From: an uncultured virus (IMG/VR IMGVR_UViG_2822507784_000003)
Lineage: Duplodnaviria; Heunggongvirae; Uroviricota; Caudoviricetes
DNA: 64,000 bases
Virus record (IMG/VR): IMGVR_UViG_2822507784_000003
Coordinates: 1 to 64,000 of that record
Strand: one strand, 5' to 3'
The notes under the pieces were generated by a model, which ran no database searches, was not told the origin of the DNA, and saw only the letters and a list, made by a program, of their open reading frames with translations. Shown here one piece after another: positions 28,715-38,557 of this stretch. Position 1 is the first letter of the stretch, and every line of letters starts with the position of its first letter. A program made the translations under genes and the position numbers.

Positions 28715-29842
28715 ATGGCAGATGTAAAATGGATAAAACTCTCTACTAGCATGTTTGAAGATGAAAAGATTCGATTGATTGAAAGTTTACCAGATGCAGA
28801 CACACTACTAATCATTTGGATTAAGTTGTTGTCTCAAGCGGGCAGAACAAATGCCAATGGTTACATTTTCTTGAGTGAAAACATTCCTTTCACAGAAGAA
28901 ATGCTTTCAACACTTTTTAATAGACCGATAGCAACTGTGAGACTTGCATTACAAACGTTCAAACAGTTCGGAATGATAGACATCACTGATGATCAGTACA
29001 TATGCATCTCGAATTGGGAAAAGCATCAAAACGTTGATGGATTAGAAAAAATCCGCGAACAAAACAGATTACGTAAGCAAAAACAAAGAGAGAAAGAAAA
29101 ACAGTTTCTATTAGGGAATGACATGGGTACATGTGCCTATTGCGGAAATGTAGCAAAAACACTAGATCATCTAATTCCTAAATCGCATGGTGGATTGGCT
29201 ACTCAAGAAAATTGCGTAGCGTGTTGTAAACGATGTAATGAAATGAAAACAAATCGTCCTTTAGAAGTCTTTCTTAATGAATGTTTACTGTTAGGAACAC
29301 CGGTGTTGGATTTGAAGTCGGTTTTAAATAACAAGAAAATCATGAGTTTAGTTGACTATCAAGACGGAAAATTTTTACGTCCTGTGACAGGTCACGTGAC
29401 ACGTCACGGTAGTCACGCAACAGATATAGAAGAAGATAAAGAATTAGATATAGATAAAGAAAAAGATAAAAAGAAGAAAGAAAAACCTTCTCGTCACAAG
29501 TTTGAAACTTGCGACATCAACGGGGCGAAGTATTTGTTTGAAAAAATTAAGGGTAATAACCCTAAACAAAAAGAGCCTAACTTCGATACTTGGTCTAATG
29601 ATTTTAGATTGATGCGTGAAAAAGATAATCGTGAATTACAAGAGATTAAAGATGTTATTGATTGGTGCCAAGCAGATCCGTTTTGGCAGGGTAATATCTT
29701 ATCCGCTAAAAAGCTACGTGAAAAGTTTGATCAATTAACAATTCAAATGAATTCTAAAAAAGGAGCGAAGAGTAATGCAGAGAGCGGTGGCAGCAATACC
29801 AACCAATATAGCCAAAAAGGTGAATATGACTATGGATTCTGA
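28715..29842 (+). CDS. Phage replisome organiser/initiator with internal HNH motif
   Basis: MADVKWIKLSTSMFEDEKIRLIE (Phage_rep_org_N-like); CAYC..DHLIP..GG..NCVACCKRCN; C-terminal DPFWQGNILSA.KLREKFDQL. Confidence 0.85.
   Translation: MADVKWIKLSTSMFEDEKIRLIESLPDADTLLIIWIKLLSQAGRTNANGYIFLSENIPFTEEMLSTLFNRPIATVRLALQTFKQFGMIDITDDQYICISNWEKHQNVDGLEKIREQNRLRKQKQREKEKQFLLGNDMGTCAYCGNVAKTLDHLIPKSHGGLATQENCVACCKRCNEMKTNRPLEVFLNECLLLGTPVLDLKSVLNNKKIMSLVDYQDGKFLRPVTGHVTRHGSHATDIEEDKELDIDKEKDKKKKEKPSRHKFETCDINGAKYLFEKIKGNNPKQKEPNFDTWSNDFRLMREKDNRELQEIKDVIDWCQADPFWQGNILSAKKLREKFDQLTIQMNSKKGAKSNAESGGSNTNQYSQKGEYDYGF
29383..29418. promoter_or_regulatory. Putative replication-origin iterons inside the initiator gene
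   Basis: Five GTGAC/GTCAC units followed by an A-rich tract. Confidence 0.55.
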
Positions 29843-30584
29843 TGTGTGTGATACGCACGGCATGAATAAGATGAAGTTCGGTGGACAAGTTGTTTGCCCT
29901 CGATGCTACCTTGCAAACGAAAGTAAGAAACTTCAGCAACAAGAACAAGCGAAATACGATGCTGATAAAGCGAATGAAAAGAAATTCATGTTCCATCAGC
30001 AAAGCATGATTGCGGATAGCAACATTAAGAAAGCTAATTTTGATAACTATCAACCTACTAGCGAGGAAGGAGCGAAGAACCTTGAACTCGCAAAGGTCAT
30101 CGCAACGGATTATCTCAATAAGAAAGTGTTTAACACTATTATGGCCGGGAATTGTGGAGCGGGAAAAACACATCTTGCTTACGCTATAGCAGAAGAACTT
30201 GCAGGTGCGGGGATATCAGTTGTCTTCGTCACAGTTGGTGAATTGTTACGGAAGATTAAAAGTACGTTCAGTAAAGATTCAACACTAACTGAGGATTCAA
30301 TTATACGAAGCTTAGTAAGAGCAGAAGTATTGATAGTCGATGATTTGGGAGCTGAGTTAGGCGCATTGGATGCGAATACAAAAGCAACAAACTTCATTAA
30401 TAGAGTGTTGTTCGATGTTTTCGATGGCAGGCAAGGTAAATCTACTATCTTTACAACAAACCTTACAGGAGAGCGCCTAGAAGGTGCATATGATGAACGA
30501 ATTGTATCACGTATCTTCAATAACTTTAGAGCGATTGTTTTCAAAGATACAAAGGATTACAGAAGAAAAGCATTGCCATTCTAA
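29775..30584 (+). CDS. DnaC/IstB-like helicase loader ATPase
   Basis: Walker A GNCGAGKTHLA; LIVDDLGAE; TTNL. Confidence 0.9.
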   Translation: MQRAVAAIPTNIAKKVNMTMDSDVCDTHGMNKMKFGGQVVCPRCYLANESKKLQQQEQAKYDADKANEKKFMFHQQSMIADSNIKKANFDNYQPTSEEGAKNLELAKVIATDYLNKKVFNTIMAGNCGAGKTHLAYAIAEELAGAGISVVFVTVGELLRKIKSTFSKDSTLTEDSIIRSLVRAEVLIVDDLGAELGALDANTKATNFINRVLFDVFDGRQGKSTIFTTNLTGERLEGAYDERIVSRIFNNFRAIVFKDTKDYRRKALPF

Positions 30585-30597
30585 GGGGGAAATGAAA

Positions 30598-31227
30598 ATG
30601 ACAAAGGTAACAGTTGAATTAACAGAAAAGCAGGTTGAGTTCTTAAAGCTATTTAGTGAAAAACAATATGAAGGTGCAGAAGACAATCAATACACATGTG
30701 ACGCTTTGCATGTAGTTCAGAAAAAAAGAGACCGATTCATACCGTATAGCGAAGATATTTCGGATTACTTTGATCCAGATACTTTAAAGTTTTGTGTTGA
30801 TCAAGAACATGAAGATTGGTATGAGGATGAAAAAGAAGCGGTTAAACAACGTTATGAATGGATTGAGGAAGAATGTCCAATTGAAATAAAAACGTTTGAT
30901 GATCTGCAATACAAACGAGTTACTGGAACAGACGGGGAAGAAAGATTCATTATGAATTTCGATGATTACTTTAAACATTATGGAATAGAAAATTACGACA
31001 TAGCTTGGGTAGAAAAAGAATGGGAAAATGTAGCGTTCTTCTTCATTTTGGAAGAAGCTAAGCACTATCTAAAATATCAAGCTCATAATCTAGGGAAATC
31101 AAGAATCTACACTTATTCTGCTGGCTATGACAATAGAGGAGATTTTATGCACTTCCGTGATTTGTTATTGAAAATGGGGAAAGGGCTAAATAAGGAATCT
31201 AATCAAAAAGAAGCAGCGGCTGTTTAA
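30598..31227 (+). CDS. Hypothetical phage protein
   Basis: RBS AAGGGGG; MTKVTVELTEKQ. Confidence 0.7.
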   Translation: MTKVTVELTEKQVEFLKLFSEKQYEGAEDNQYTCDALHVVQKKRDRFIPYSEDISDYFDPDTLKFCVDQEHEDWYEDEKEAVKQRYEWIEEECPIEIKTFDDLQYKRVTGTDGEERFIMNFDDYFKHYGIENYDIAWVEKEWENVAFFFILEEAKHYLKYQAHNLGKSRIYTYSAGYDNRGDFMHFRDLLLKMGKGLNKESNQKEAAAV

Positions 31228-31249
31228 AAATATAAAGGGGGAATAAACG

Positions 31250-31513
31250 ATGTGCGCATGTAACGAAACGGGAGTAATTCAGAACGATATGGGGAATGGC
31301 TGCTATCAATTTGCACCGTGTATTTGCGAAGCAGGGAATCGCAGTCCTGAAGAAGTGGATAGAAGACGTCATGCCGTTATGGCGGAACTAAGAGAAATTC
31401 ATCAATTACAACTGGAGGGGAAATGGGATGCCACGACTTGGAACGGATTTGGAAAAGGAGAATTACACAATGGCGTTGCAGCAGGGAAGGTACATGAAGA
31501 AATCGCGTCGTAA
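31250..31513 (+). CDS. Hypothetical phage protein (Cys-containing)
   Basis: MCACNETG..PCICE. Confidence 0.55.
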   Translation: MCACNETGVIQNDMGNGCYQFAPCICEAGNRSPEEVDRRRHAVMAELREIHQLQLEGKWDATTWNGFGKGELHNGVAAGKVHEEIAS

Positions 31514-31715
31514 CTTATATATCGCTTTAGAAGAGTTGGACTTATTGTTTGATGAAAGTGAAGTGATTCGATTACGAGAAATGTGGAATGAGGATAAAGA
31601 TATTCTTGAAATAGCAAAAGAGCTAGGAAGGCATCAATTAGAAATCGCTGCATTAATCATGGATCAGGCAGATAAGAACAAAATTAAATCTCGTCCAATG
31701 GGGTTAGGGGCATGA
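31428..31715 (+). CDS. Phage HTH-like protein
   Basis: ILEIAKELGRHQLEIAAL; RBS GGAGG. Confidence 0.65.
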   Translation: MPRLGTDLEKENYTMALQQGRYMKKSRRNLYIALEELDLLFDESEVIRLREMWNEDKDILEIAKELGRHQLEIAALIMDQADKNKIKSRPMGLGA

Positions 31716-31975
31716 AACAACTAACACTGGAGGATGTAGTAGGAAGTTTTGATTATAGCGCAACAAGTACAGTGGAAAGATTTTTGAAGAGTAATAGCGT
31801 TATGACGTACTCAGTAGAGTTTTACGACAAAGATGAAAAGTGGAAGCTTCGTTGGTTTGAGGCGAAGTCCGAGGGCACAGCTATAGAAATGGCTAAAAAG
31901 AAATACGGAAAGATACAAATCATTGCTACTTATATTTCGGATAGAACCTTAGAAGAAATCATGAATTTGGATTAG
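31712..31975 (+). CDS. Hypothetical phage protein
   Basis: ATGA-coupled to the previous gene. Confidence 0.6.
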   Translation: MKQLTLEDVVGSFDYSATSTVERFLKSNSVMTYSVEFYDKDEKWKLRWFEAKSEGTAIEMAKKKYGKIQIIATYISDRTLEEIMNLD

Positions 31976-32071
31976 GAGGCATAGCGCCATGACGATAAAT
32001 AGATGTAATCCACAAAGGGCAACGACTACACCTATAAGAAGAGCTACGAAGAAAAGAAGCTAGGAGGCAGC

Positions 32072-32206
32072 ATGGACAGGAAACAAATCTACATCGATGT
32101 ATTACTACAAAAGGGAATTTATAAAGAAGAAAAGACAGGGCGACAACTTTACGAGATGGCTGAACAAGAGTTGTGGAATCTAATAAAAGGAGTGTATCAG
32201 GAATGA
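32072..32206 (+). CDS. Fur-regulated basic protein FbpA-like (44 aa)
   Basis: LLQKGIYK..GRQLYEM..QEL; RBS AGGAGG; not in ORF track. Confidence 0.6.
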   Translation: MDRKQIYIDVLLQKGIYKEEKTGRQLYEMAEQELWNLIKGVYQE

Positions 32207-32270
32207 TGGAAATGGAGAACGGTGTATACGAGATTACGAAGTTAATTAGCAAAGCAAAGGGAGTAAAGTA

Positions 32271-32438
32271 ATGAATAAAGAAACGGTGGTGCAGGTGCAA
32301 AGTGAGATTAAAGCCGTAGAAAATGAGATATGTAATTTGGAATACCACCTAGTCATGATAGATGGCGAAAGACAGAAGACAAAGCTTTATTTGGAAGAGC
32401 TAAAGAATCGAAAAGAGAAATTGGAAAGTTATTTATAA
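32271..32438 (+). CDS. Small coiled-coil protein (55 aa)
   Basis: RBS GGGAG; read manually. Confidence 0.5.
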   Translation: MNKETVVQVQSEIKAVENEICNLEYHLVMIDGERQKTKLYLEELKNRKEKLESYL

Positions 32439-32451
32439 GGAGCGGAACAGA

Positions 32452-32898
32452 ATGAAGTTAAGAGTGAAAATTAAACGATTGAAAGATATAGATTTACCAA
32501 AGTATGCACGGGAATTCGATGCTGGTTTTGATCTAGTGGCAGCAGAGGAAACGATTATTTGGCCAGGAGAAACAAAGGTTGTACCAACGGGATTGGCTTT
32601 CGAAATACCACCAGGATACGAATTTCAGGTGCGCCCGCGTAGCGGTATGACGCGTAATACAAAGTTGAGAGTGGTACTTGGAACGGTGGATAGCGGGTAC
32701 CGTGGGGAAGTTGGAGTACTAGTAGATAACATTGAAATACCTAAAGTAGCTAATATGAAAGCTCATGTAATTGAAAAAGGGACTCGTATTGCTCAAGGTG
32801 TCATAGCGCCAGTGGAAACAGCTCATTTTGTTGAAGTGGATGAGCTATCAGAATCAGAAAGAGGAAAGAATGGTTTTGGAAGTAGCGGGATTAAATAA
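32452..32898 (+). CDS. dut: Trimeric dUTPase
   Basis: AGFDL, RPRSG, GTVDSGYRGE, RIAQ, RGKNGFGSSG motifs. Confidence 0.95.
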   Translation: MKLRVKIKRLKDIDLPKYAREFDAGFDLVAAEETIIWPGETKVVPTGLAFEIPPGYEFQVRPRSGMTRNTKLRVVLGTVDSGYRGEVGVLVDNIEIPKVANMKAHVIEKGTRIAQGVIAPVETAHFVEVDELSESERGKNGFGSSGIK

Positions 32899-33113
32899 AA
32901 AGGGCTAGGATTTTCTCCTAGCAAAGAGTTATGTCGTACAGAAAGGTAGTTGCTTACAAACCTGATGTTTGCTGTTTTATTATATAACGTTTCTAAGGTG
33001 GAAGGATTGAATCATAGCAATCTTTACGTAATTTTTACATGTGATTGAAGTATTTGATTAAAACAAAATTTGAATTTTGTAGAACAGTAGAATGTAAAAA
33101 TATGCTTAGAGTA

Positions 33114-33596
33114 TTAGCGAAATCCAACCCTAATCAATTCTTCATCGTTTATTTCAATTACGAATCTATACTCTTTATCTAATAGCCAGTAATAAAAACT
33201 GACTGCATCAACGTCAACTAGTGATTGGAATACTTTATCAAGATTTGTACTTACTACAGGGATTTCATGGTTATCCCATATTATAAAAATCTGTTCATCA
33301 AAATCTAGTTGGTTTGCTCTAATAAGGGAAATTAGTTGTTCTTTGTTCGAAGCTATTAATTGATTGTCTATCTGTTCCCAATCTATTCTTCCAGAAACAG
33401 TTATAGGAAATAAATTCATTAAATTAGTAGCAATCTGCTGGCTTTTTTCCTGAGAGAAGATGAGAGTTGCGTCTCCTAGGGATTCAAGGCATTCATTAAA
33501 CAGAGGATTTGTATCATTTCTATTTTTTGCTTTCAGTTCTCTTAACTTTTGTCGCATTTTCCATTGTCTTGATGATCTATCATCCATTTTTAACAT
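33114..33596 (-). CDS. CDI-type toxin immunity-like protein (moron)
   Basis: LFNECLESL..FP...GRIDW..IFIIWD..PVV..DV.AVSF..W. Confidence 0.45.
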   Translation of the reverse strand: MLKMDDRSSRQWKMRQKLRELKAKNRNDTNPLFNECLESLGDATLIFSQEKSQQIATNLMNLFPITVSGRIDWEQIDNQLIASNKEQLISLIRANQLDFDEQIFIIWDNHEIPVVSTNLDKVFQSLVDVDAVSFYYWLLDKEYRFVIEINDEELIRVGFR

Positions 33597-34297
33597 TCCT
33601 TATACAATTATTTAAGAATGAGTATAGCATATAATGGCAGGCCTTATGAAAATGAACTTTTTAAATATTAATTAAACAAAAGCGTTATCTGAAAAAAGGA
33701 CCCCTTACGGAAAGATAAGAGGCCATCAAAAAATGTTGTATTTGAAACACGTGATGTTTCATAACGACATTATAACGTAAATTAATATATTACGTATAAT
33801 AAATATAATAGTTTGTAAAAAGAATAAAAGTGCATAAAATCCGTATTTAAATGAAGAATCCCTAGGCTTAGGGGACTAGGGATTCTCGGTTTGGTATACT
33901 TCACACGGTATTATAAAAAGAATAGAACCTACTGAAGATAACACATGAATGTTTCGTAAATGTATCAAAAAAGTGAACAAAAACGATATTTTAATTGTTG
34001 CAGCCCCTTGGAGGGCGCTCCAAGGAGCTAAGATTCGAGAATTTTTAAACTCTTGCTTAATTACATGAGAACTCCCTAAGGAGTATATATGGAATTTTAA
34101 CACTTAACTAATAATTTATACAACTATATATTAAGATTTTTATATAAAATTAATAAAAAATGGCCCCTACTACTACGTAAGAGCCCCATAAACAGAGAAA
34201 AAGTCGTATGTGACTCTATATGAGAATCACAATAATATTTTAATATTTAAATATATAGTTGTCTATATATGTTAAGTGTAATGGAAATGAAAAAATA

Positions 34298-34579
34298 TTA
34301 TTTGAGGGAATTGTGATTATTCAAATGTGTTTCAGCCATTCCCGCGCCAATAATAGTAGCAATAATTAGTACGCAAGCAATTAAAATACCTAACAGTATT
34401 AACATAGCAAAAGTAATTTTTTTCGCTGTATCTCCTTTTGGAGCAAGAATAGCTAAAACAATTGAGATAGATAGTATAAAAATACAAGTTAAAAGATCAA
34501 CGTGTACATACCTAGAAAATGAACTGAAAAATAAGATTGAAGTTAAAAACATTGAAATGAAACCGAAGTATTTTCTCAT
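34298..34579 (-). CDS. Small membrane protein (moron)
   Basis: Three hydrophobic segments. Confidence 0.6.
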   Translation of the reverse strand: MRKYFGFISMFLTSILFFSSFSRYVHVDLLTCIFILSISIVLAILAPKGDTAKKITFAMLILLGILIACVLIIATIIGAGMAETHLNNHNSLK

Positions 34580-34688
34580 TATTTTAGCCTTTCTTGAAAA
34601 AATAAATTATACAGATTATACCATAAATGAATTAGATTGAAGTGAAATTTGAACAAATACGCTATTTTAAAACAAAGGGGAATAGGAT

Positions 34689-35444
34689 ATGAAAATGTTG
34701 GATCTATGTTCGGGAATTGCAGGAGTAAGCATGGCAGCGGATTGGGCTGGGATTGAAACAGCAGCCTTTTGCGAAATAGAAGAATTCAATCAGAAGGTGC
34801 TCAGAAAGAACTATCCTAATATTCCTATTTTCCCGGATTTATATAAACTTACGAAACAATCATTAATAGATGGAGGCGTTGACGTTGATGCAATTGGAGT
34901 TATTTCTGCAGGATATCCCTGTCAGGGAGAAAGTCTTGTTGGCAAGCGAAGAGGTGCAGAAGACGAAAGATGGTTATGGCCAGAAGTCTTCCGACTCATT
35001 AGAGAACTCAGACCCACTTGGTTTGTTGGAGAAAATGTTGCTGGACACGTCACAATGGGCTTGGACACCGTGCTCTCCGACTTGGAAGAAGAAAACTACT
35101 CGACAAGGACATTCGTATTACCGGCTGTCAGTGTCGGCGCGCCACATCAAAGATACCGGACATTTATTATTGGCCACTCCAACGACAAGTCAAAATTACA
35201 AGCCGATCCGCGAGTTGTGCCCTTCAGAAGCAAACGGGAAGCACGGAAAAACACTACCAGGATCAATCGGGGAACACTTTCCAGAATATATTGGGAAGAA
35301 AATCAACCCGCAATTTGTGGAATGGATGATGGGACTGCCACAAGATTGGACGAAGATAGATTGAGATTCTTAGGAAATGCGGTTGTGCCTCAACAAATCT
35401 ATCCAATATTTGAAGCGATAGCAAAGATTGAAGGTTTATTATAA
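34689..35444 (+). CDS. C5-cytosine DNA methyltransferase, large subunit
   Basis: Motifs I (DLCSGIAG), IV (GYPCQ), VI (ENV), VIII (HQRYR), X (LGNAVVP); no motif IX seen. Confidence 0.9.
   Translation: MKMLDLCSGIAGVSMAADWAGIETAAFCEIEEFNQKVLRKNYPNIPIFPDLYKLTKQSLIDGGVDVDAIGVISAGYPCQGESLVGKRRGAEDERWLWPEVFRLIRELRPTWFVGENVAGHVTMGLDTVLSDLEEENYSTRTFVLPAVSVGAPHQRYRTFIIGHSNDKSKLQADPRVVPFRSKREARKNTTRINRGTLSRIYWEENQPAICGMDDGTATRLDEDRLRFLGNAVVPQQIYPIFEAIAKIEGLL
34885..35364 (+). CDS. Nested alternative-frame ORF: probable methyltransferase small subunit (motif IX)
   Basis: GGAGG at 34872-34876; ends INPQFVEWMMGLPQDWT. Confidence 0.7.
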   Translation: MMQLELFLQDIPVREKVLLASEEVQKTKDGYGQKSSDSLENSDPLGLLEKMLLDTSQWAWTPCSPTWKKKTTRQGHSYYRLSVSARHIKDTGHLLLATPTTSQNYKPIRELCPSEANGKHGKTLPGSIGEHFPEYIGKKINPQFVEWMMGLPQDWTKID

Positions 35445-35689
35445 AAATTTCATTTTGTATTAGTTTAAAACCAAAAAGAGCACTTTATAAAGTGCCCTTT
35501 AAGGAAAAAGTGAGATACTGAAAAGTAAATTAGGGTTTTTTGCTTCGAGATAATATATGACCACTTCATCATAATGTGATGATGAATCACAAAAGAGCAG
35601 CTAGCAAAAGCTAACTGCTCATCTCCAAGGGGGAATGGAGAAACTATCATGTTGTTTATATTATTGACGAAATATTGAGTTTTATTCAT

Positions 35690-35863
35690 CTATAAAAGTC
35701 GAGATAAAATATCTTTAATTAATCCTGAGGCTCCAATAAGGAGTATCGATAGAAAAATTATTGAGAATATACTTTTTTTAGGCTTTTTAAACTCTAGGTA
35801 TAAGTTAATGATTGCACCAATTGCAACAACAATAAAGATAACGAGTCTTAATATATCTGGCAT
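35690..35863 (-). CDS. Small 2-TM protein (moron)
   Basis: RBS AGGAG; MPDILRLVIF.. Confidence 0.6.
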   Translation of the reverse strand: MPDILRLVIFIVVAIGAIINLYLEFKKPKKSIFSIIFLSILLIGASGLIKDILSRLL

Positions 35864-35990
35864 GAATAACACTCCTATTAATTACTTAATTGTATTATAA
35901 AGGAAAAATATTTGAGGTTAATCAATAGTGATACGATTTAAGGAAGATTTAAACAAAATTAATCTTTTTAATAGAAAGCGAGGAATAACA

Positions 35991-36620
35991 ATGGGACTAG
36001 GAAACCGTGGAATGGCATTTGAAATGCTTATCAATCTAGCAAACGAAATGTATCAAAGAGGGGAGGTGGCGCTTATAAATAAGCGCCCGACTCCTGTAAA
36101 AGTGTTAAAAAGTAAAGGTGGCCGTGTACTAAATGGATTCTATGAAGCTAAAAGTACAGTAGACTATGACGGCGTGTATAAGGGACGAGCTATAGCGTTT
36201 GAAGCTAAATCTACAGAGAAGGACACACGTTTTGATTTAAAGAACATTGCGCAGCATCAATTGGATTATCTGGAGAAAGCAGAAAAGATGGGAGCAATAT
36301 GCTTCTTCCTTATAGAGTTTAGTAAGGATAAGTCAGTATTCGCAGTACCACTATCAATCATTCAATCTTATGTAAGGATGTCTCATCAACCAAAGGGCAA
36401 GAAGTCTATACCAAGAGCAGACTTTGATATTTATGGATACTTAGTAGAGCAGACAGAACGAGCGCCAGTGGATTACTTGCAATACATTGATGAAGCAGTA
36501 GCACCAGTTATGTTTGATGGAATGATTCAATTTGATCAGGACCATAAGAAAGTAGCAAATAACATTGAAGTAGCAAAAGAGAAGATGGCCAACAAGAAAC
36601 GTAAATTATTAAAGGCTTAA
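35991..36620 (+). CDS. recU: RecU Holliday-junction resolvase
   Basis: NRGMAFE, KRPTP, STVDYDGVYKG, FEAKS, HQLDYL. Confidence 0.9.
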   Translation: MGLGNRGMAFEMLINLANEMYQRGEVALINKRPTPVKVLKSKGGRVLNGFYEAKSTVDYDGVYKGRAIAFEAKSTEKDTRFDLKNIAQHQLDYLEKAEKMGAICFFLIEFSKDKSVFAVPLSIIQSYVRMSHQPKGKKSIPRADFDIYGYLVEQTERAPVDYLQYIDEAVAPVMFDGMIQFDQDHKKVANNIEVAKEKMANKKRKLLKA

Positions 36621-36758
36621 TGGATAACGGAACCATGCAGAGTGGATGGTGGGGGCTACTCGCTATGCACGTTTCCCTTATTCAACAAAGAGATAGTAAA
36701 ATTTCACGTACCTGATGTGAATGTAAAAAGACAAATTCAGCAATAGGGGGATTCCTTC

Positions 36759-37145
36759 ATGGAGAGACAATTAACTTTATTACCGGCTATTGATAGAGAG
36801 ACAGAAAAGAAGGTTCAGAAAGAAGTAGTGAAAATCCTAAAGGAATACCGCGCCTTAAAAGCACGCTTTGAGAATGAAGTGGAGCTACAGCAAGAGGGAA
36901 TTAGTCTGTTTCCTGAGATAAGGAATACAAGACATATTAGCAATATCAAATTCAAACAGATCGATAAGGCTCTACAGTACGTTTTAGATTATGATGAGGC
37001 AGAGATCATCAAGAGAAAGTACTTAAATGCGGATAAACCGAAAGACAGCTTTATTTATACTGAATTATCGATGAAGAAAGACCACTTCTATTATAAGAAG
37101 AAAAATGCGGTTCGATTGATTGCTACATCGTTAGGGATGATTTAA
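36759..37145 (+). CDS. ArpU-family late transcriptional activator
   Basis: EAEIIKRKYL..IY.EL..FYYKKKNAV..A..LG. Confidence 0.85.
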   Translation: MERQLTLLPAIDRETEKKVQKEVVKILKEYRALKARFENEVELQQEGISLFPEIRNTRHISNIKFKQIDKALQYVLDYDEAEIIKRKYLNADKPKDSFIYTELSMKKDHFYYKKKNAVRLIATSLGMI

Positions 37146-37204
37146 TAATACAAAAAAGCCAAAGTGATAGTTTTTAGTTGACTATCCATTTGGCTTTTGA
37201 TGTT

Positions 37205-37555
37205 TTATTTTTTAGGCATCCACGTATGTCCGCAATTCATGCAACCATTAACAATATTTTTTCTGCCAACAAATCCACTGAATAAAGTTATCGGTGCTAC
37301 TAGAAGTATAATAATAAAAGCAACAAGTGCAACACGTACATTAATATCACGAAGTGAAGAATTTTGAGGAACTATATCATGAACAAAATTAGAAATTATT
37401 CCAATAGTTATAAATGTAACTAACAGAAGAAACAGAATTAAAAACGTCCTTTTGAAATTATAACCACGCTTATTACCGACTATTTGATCTGATTTACATT
37501 TCCTACAAACAACGCGCCTTGTTACTTTTTTTGTTGTACCGTCATGTCTAACCAT
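37205..37555 (-). CDS. Zn-ribbon membrane protein (moron)
   Basis: CRKCKS..2 TM..CMNCGHTW. Confidence 0.7.
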   Translation of the reverse strand: MVRHDGTTKKVTRRVVCRKCKSDQIVGNKRGYNFKRTFLILFLLLVTFITIGIISNFVHDIVPQNSSLRDINVRVALVAFIIILLVAPITLFSGFVGRKNIVNGCMNCGHTWMPKK

Positions 37556-37669
37556 CCTTACTTTTATAAAATTATAATAGTTTAATTATATGATATTAAT
37601 ACTCAAACAAGATACATATATTATCAAAAAAAGAAAAAATATAATAAATTGGAATGTTTATGTTTTTCA

Positions 37670-37735
37670 AAACATCGACAAAATGCCGACTAAATAGGGG
37701 GAATTTTGATAATGAAATCAACGATATTCTTAATG
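37670..37735 (+). promoter_or_regulatory. Putative late promoter/ArpU-binding direct repeats
   Basis: ATCGACAAA-TGCCGACTAAA direct repeat upstream of TATTCT; position downstream of arpU. Confidence 0.4.
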
Positions 37736-38557
37736 TACAAGCCCTATGAAAACCGCATATTGAAGAGGATTAGTACACCTTAACGTATACTGCGGAAGGG
37801 CAGGCATGGGCGGTAAGAATCTCGCCGTGAGGGTGGTAAGATTCCCTTAAATAATTAACGATGACATATTCCAGTGTGGCGGGTGTGAGATAACTTGCGT
37901 TCGTCATGCTGTTTCTATTATGTTTAGTGTTCAGCTCAGAGACCGCCATGTCCTCTGGGTTGATAGTGAACATAATAATTCTCTATTCTTTGTTAACGTC
38001 GTTTCTTGAAAATGGAAATGGGGGTGGTTGTTCTTGATTGAACAAACATCACGTTTCTGAGTACCCCAAACAAGTTGTATACGTATCTCGTACATTAGTA
38101 ATTACTCACGATTCTTATTAATGACCAAAACGAGGGCAAAGAGCTTCCGCTCTTTGTTTGAACTAACGTAGTGGAGCCTCCTCTCCATCCCCCTTGAAAA
38201 TACGTTAGTTTAAACAAGGCGTCGGAAGAAAAGTACACGTCTTGATATAAATTAAAAAACCTTTATAAGAGAGTTACCCCATAGCTCTCGAGTCCATGGA
38301 CTTAAAACGAGAAGATTCTTAGTCTTCTCTCAGTCACCGAACGTAAAGTGCGTAGCTAATAAGAGCTAAAAAATTACATGATGCGGTGGCTTGGAGAAGG
38401 TTGAGAGTACTCAGCCTTGAAATGATTGCGAAATTCCCCTTTCGTGAATGTTTCTCCATCCCCTTTAATATTTTTATAAGGAGTAAAAGAGCTGTCACTT
38501 CGGTGATGGCTTATTTTTTGGTATAATCAGAATATAAAGTTATAAGGGGGAATAAAT

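Noticed and set aside
37740..38510. tRNA genes in the structured region after arpU
   Set aside because: No cloverleaf with T-loop GTTCRA and acceptor stem could be traced.
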